Shown here: in pieces, positions 60,745 through 64,000 of the stretch
Numbering within the stretch: the first letter of the stretch is position 1
Layout of the letters: each line of letters opens with the position of its first letter
Origin: an uncultured delta proteobacterium
Lineage (GTDB): Bacteria; Myxococcota_A; Polyangia; Polyangiales; Polyangiaceae
Direction of reading: 5' to 3'
Assembly: GCA_963841435.1 (NCBI GenBank)
Contig: CAWJCS010000003.1
Location: forward strand, 768,001 to 832,000
DNA: 64,000 nt
Made by a program: the position numbers and the translations under genes
Notes under the pieces: generated by a model
The model's database searches: none
What the model saw: the letters and a program-made list of their open reading frames with translations, nothing else
What the model was told of the DNA's origin: nothing

Positions 60745-60842
60745 GCACATCAGCCTAGCGACCGATCATCTAATTGTCGATAGGTTTTATAGACTAAACT
60801 GGAAAACGCAAATCTTTCAATGATTTCATCAAATTGCAGGCA

Positions 60843-62213
60843 TCAGGCCGCGGGCGCGGGCGGGGCGATGCTGGTGCGCGGGATCTCGGCCTCTTCCTTT
60901 CGTGTCTCACCGGCGCGGTCGAGCGCGACCTTGAAGAGGATCGGACCGACGACCTCGTTGATGGCGACACCGGCGATGACGAGATCACCGAGGCCACTGC
61001 CGAGCCCGGGGAACGCGCGCTGGATCACGACGGCGAGCCCCAGCGAGAACCCGGCCTGCGAGATCAGCGATGACCAACCCCAGCGCCGGAGTGACGGCTC
61101 GTCGTTCGCGAGGCGGCTTGCAATGCGCGCCGCGGCCCACGTCGAGACGGCACGGGCCGCGCACAGCGAGAGCGCGAACGGCCAGAGCTGCTCGAGCAGC
61201 GGCAGATTGAGGTGTGCGCCCGCCGTCGCAAAGAAGACGACGAACACCACGCCCCCCGTTTGCTCGATGGCGTGCACGAGCTTGCCACCCTGCGCCGTGA
61301 GGTTTTGGACGACGAATCCCGCAACGAGGAACGCCAGCGTGGGGTTGACGTGAACGTAGCGCAAGAAATCCGTGAGCCCGAAGCCGATGGCGAGCAAGAC
61401 GAGCAGGAGCTGCCGGCCCACGAGGCGCAGGTACGCCGCCAGACCCAGACCGAGCGTCGTGCCGAACGCCACGCTGCCGAGTAGCTCGTGGCCCAGCTCC
61501 TGCACGTCTTTCAGGGAAAAACCGCCACCGCCGCCGATCAACGGCCGCGCGAACATCATCACGATAGCGAGCATCACGACGACGACAACGTCCGAGGCCA
61601 TGATGAACGCCAGCGAGAAGGTCGCGACGGGCCCCTTGGCCCGGGTTTGCGCGAGGATGCCCATGCACGCCGACGGGCTGCGACTGATCGAGAGCACGCC
61701 CCAGAGCAAAGAGACGCCGATGATCGGGGCGAGCCCGAGGTTTGCCATGAAGGGCAAGAAGGAAGCGACCCCGCCGAAGACGACGGCCATCGTCAAGAGC
61801 ACGAACAGGGACTGAACGAGCATGGCGTAGCGCAGGCTCTTCGCGACCTGGCGCAGGGTGCTGACGCGTAGCTCGGCACCGCCCGCCAGCGCGATCAGCG
61901 ACAGCGCCAGGGTGTTCACGGGTGAGAGCCGCTCCACCGTGTGGACATCCACGAGCTTTAGAACGTAAGGGCCGCCGACGATCCCCGCGAGCAAGTAGCC
62001 CGAGAGGTGCGGCAGACCCACCGTTTCGAGGAGCTCGCTCAGCAGCGTGCCGACGAGCAGCAGGTACCCGACGGCAGCGACCGTCCCGAGGTGGCCCTCG
62101 AGCTCGGGTGCGAGACGCGTCGCGGCGAACAGCACGCCGAATACGACGCCCAGCGAGACCAGCTGGACGATGCGGGTCACGAAGCCCTTCGGAGCGCTCG
62201 CCGCCGTGCTCAC
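60843..62213 (-). CDS. Cation:proton antiporter (CPA) family membrane protein
   Basis: GLPHLSGYLLAGIVGGP, IALAGGAEL, SRSPS, ASD, FFATAGAHL, SQAG, NEVVGP. Confidence 0.8.
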   Translation of the reverse strand: MSTAASAPKGFVTRIVQLVSLGVVFGVLFAATRLAPELEGHLGTVAAVGYLLLVGTLLSELLETVGLPHLSGYLLAGIVGGPYVLKLVDVHTVERLSPVNTLALSLIALAGGAELRVSTLRQVAKSLRYAMLVQSLFVLLTMAVVFGGVASFLPFMANLGLAPIIGVSLLWGVLSISRSPSACMGILAQTRAKGPVATFSLAFIMASDVVVVVMLAIVMMFARPLIGGGGGFSLKDVQELGHELLGSVAFGTTLGLGLAAYLRLVGRQLLLVLLAIGFGLTDFLRYVHVNPTLAFLVAGFVVQNLTAQGGKLVHAIEQTGGVVFVVFFATAGAHLNLPLLEQLWPFALSLCAARAVSTWAAARIASRLANDEPSLRRWGWSSLISQAGFSLGLAVVIQRAFPGLGSGLGDLVIAGVAINEVVGPILFKVALDRAGETRKEEAEIPRTSIAPPAPAA

Positions 62214-63505
62214 GACGACCTCGGCGGCGGCTCGGACAGCGTGTCGGACTCGGGGTAGTCGGACGCCGACGGCCGGCTCGCGTCGGACATCGACAGCGGC
62301 GCGGGCTCGGTGGCCTCCTCGGCGTGGATCTCACCCGCGCGATCGAGCGAGCGCTGCAGCATGGCCGGGCCCACGAGCTCGCCGAACAGCACGCCGGCCG
62401 CCGCGAGCGCGAGCACCGTGGAGGCAGCGTGGCCGGGCGCACGCACGACCAAGGTAAAGGCAAGCGCCAGGGACATGGCGCCCGTCGACGTCATGGAAAG
62501 CCCGATGCTGGGCCCCACGGCGCGCGCCTCGGGCAAGATGGCGACGAGCAGCACCCCGCGCACGAGCTCGGCGGCGAGCCGGGCCCCGAGCGCCACCGTG
62601 ACCAGGAGCCACAGCTTGGGCACGGAAGCAAAATCGACGCACGCGCCCGCGACGAGCACCACGGGCAGGAGCACGGGCTTTTCGGTGGGCTGAACCATCA
62701 GCTTGAGGTCGAGACGATGCGGCGACACGACGGCGAGCGTCAGGCCCATCACGAACAGCGTCGCCACGGCGGCGAGCCCCAGGCGGGTCGCGACGCCGGC
62801 CGCGAGCAACGACGTACCGAGCAAGATGCCCCAGCTCTCGTCCCGCCGAAACTCGCGCCCGAGCAGCACGGCTGCCACGAGCCCCACGACGACGCCGACG
62901 CCGAGCCCGCCGCCGAAACGAGCGAGCGGCGTGAAGGCCATGAGCGGCGCATCGGGCGCCAGCGCAAACAGGCCGCCGAGGCCGAGGATGGGCACGAGCG
63001 CGCTCGCTCGAGCCATGTCGGCGAGCCAGTCCGAAACGCGGCCGCGCGCGCCGTGCCGCTCGGCGACCCAGCGCACCGTGTGGCGCGTCGTTTCGGAGCC
63101 CACGAGGCCCGCACCGAGCGCGACCTCGACCCGGTCGGCGGGCTCGAACAGACCGAGCGCTCGAAGCGCGAGAAAGAGCGCCCCCGCGACCGAGGCCGCG
63201 ACGATGCTGGCGCTCACGACGCCGGCGACCGCCCGCCCGATCTTGACCCTGCGCCGCCCGACGAGCAGGTAGCCGAGCCCGAGCACGAACGCGAGCCAAG
63301 CCGCCGCGCACACGAAGATGGGCTCGAAGGCGTGCACCATCGAGCGCGGCAAGAGGCCGAGGCCGTGCGGTCCGACGGCGACGCCGAGCACGAGGTACTC
63401 CGCACCCGACGGCAGACCGAAGCCGCGAATGGTGCGCCCCCCGACGAGCATGCTGCCGATGTAGGCGACGACCAGCAAACCGAGCAGAACGGCGACGCCG
63501 CTCAC
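62210..63505 (-). CDS. Second, divergent CPA-fold membrane protein
   Basis: SGAEYLVLGVAVGPHGLG, EKPVLLP, GELVGP; GTG start overlaps the upstream stop and its own stop overlaps the next start. Confidence 0.7.
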   Translation of the reverse strand: MSGVAVLLGLLVVAYIGSMLVGGRTIRGFGLPSGAEYLVLGVAVGPHGLGLLPRSMVHAFEPIFVCAAAWLAFVLGLGYLLVGRRRVKIGRAVAGVVSASIVAASVAGALFLALRALGLFEPADRVEVALGAGLVGSETTRHTVRWVAERHGARGRVSDWLADMARASALVPILGLGGLFALAPDAPLMAFTPLARFGGGLGVGVVVGLVAAVLLGREFRRDESWGILLGTSLLAAGVATRLGLAAVATLFVMGLTLAVVSPHRLDLKLMVQPTEKPVLLPVVLVAGACVDFASVPKLWLLVTVALGARLAAELVRGVLLVAILPEARAVGPSIGLSMTSTGAMSLALAFTLVVRAPGHAASTVLALAAAGVLFGELVGPAMLQRSLDRAGEIHAEEATEPAPLSMSDASRPSASDYPESDTLSEPPPRSS

Positions 63506-64000
63506 GACCCACCCTCGCCCAGGCGACCGAGAGCGATGTTGCCGCGCTCGAGCGCCACGCACAGCGCGAGGGTGAGCGCCGAACGAGCATCGCGCGCCTC
63601 CGAGTGGAGGCGCACTCGGAAGGCGGCGCCGTCGCGATCGACGCGCAAGAGCTCCACGGCGGCGTCGTGGCCCTGCTCGCGCGCCACGCGAAGCAACAGG
63701 TCGCGCACGTCGCTGAGCCGCGCCCCGGGTGCGACGGCCAGCTCGGTCGTGACGACGCCGCGCAAGCCGACGACGCGCATGGGCTGGTAGAGCGCGTACA
63801 GGTGCGGCACGCGGATCTCGGCGCCGTCAGCGGTCTCGAGCCGCAGGTCGAGCAAGCCGATGCGCGCGATGCGACCCGCGTAGGGTCCGACCTCGACGTG
63901 TTGGCCCGGCCGGAGTCGGCGGCCGAACAGCACGATCGACCCGAGCACGGCGGTCGCGAAGGCGGGTGTCGCGGCGAGCCCGAGCGAGACCAGGATGATC
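63502..64000 (-). CDS. MscS-family mechanosensitive channel (5'-truncated)
   Basis: LGSIVLFGRRLRPGQHVEVG..GRIARIGLLDLRL..DGAEIRVP. Confidence 0.75.
   Translation of the reverse strand, partial: IILVSLGLAATPAFATAVLGSIVLFGRRLRPGQHVEVGPYAGRIARIGLLDLRLETADGAEIRVPHLYALYQPMRVVGLRGVVTTELAVAPGARLSDVRDLLLRVAREQGHDAAVELLRVDRDGAAFRVRLHSEARDARSALTLALCVALERGNIALGRLGEGGS

Noticed and set aside
60819-60834. FNR-like box (ATGATTTCATCAA)
   Set aside because: Three-base spacer and an imperfect arm versus TTGAT-N4-ATCAA.

Overview
High-GC, gene-dense chromosomal window that reads as myxobacterial, probably Polyangiaceae/Sorangiineae-like. That is an inference from the MYXO-CTERM-like tails, the Ser/Thr kinase + TPR/PEGA + Cys-rich module, the many Gly-rich lipoproteins and the CxxxY-type CcmE. 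I found no rRNA, tRNA, CRISPR array, integrase or transposase. Housekeeping content: fadIJ, sucAB, a MacAB-type ABC exporter, TetR, SDR, pectate lyase, two TauE paralogs, and an MscS + two cation:proton antiporter operon. The most notable region is ~32.3-46.6 kb, which looks like a low-oxygen/fermentative island. It contains a PAS hybrid kinase, a hemerythrin-like gene with a near-perfect sigma54 promoter, a PPi-dependent PEP carboxykinase, an AspT/YidE (SucE-like) exporter (frameshifted), a sigma54-driven CBS-Zn-ribbon + circularly permuted ATP-grasp + alpha-E (+ in-frame DUF4388-like) operon, and an atypical pyruvate kinase. Further on are a self-contained sigma54 activator / NfeD-like / flotillin module with a visible enhancer, and a radical 2-hydroxyacyl-CoA-dehydratase-type activase pair separated by a duplicated 53-bp structured element ending in a terminator-like hairpin. 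Two paralogs of an unrecognised ~160-aa family bracket the kinase/PEGA/Cys-rich module. All family calls come from motif recognition by eye, not database searches.
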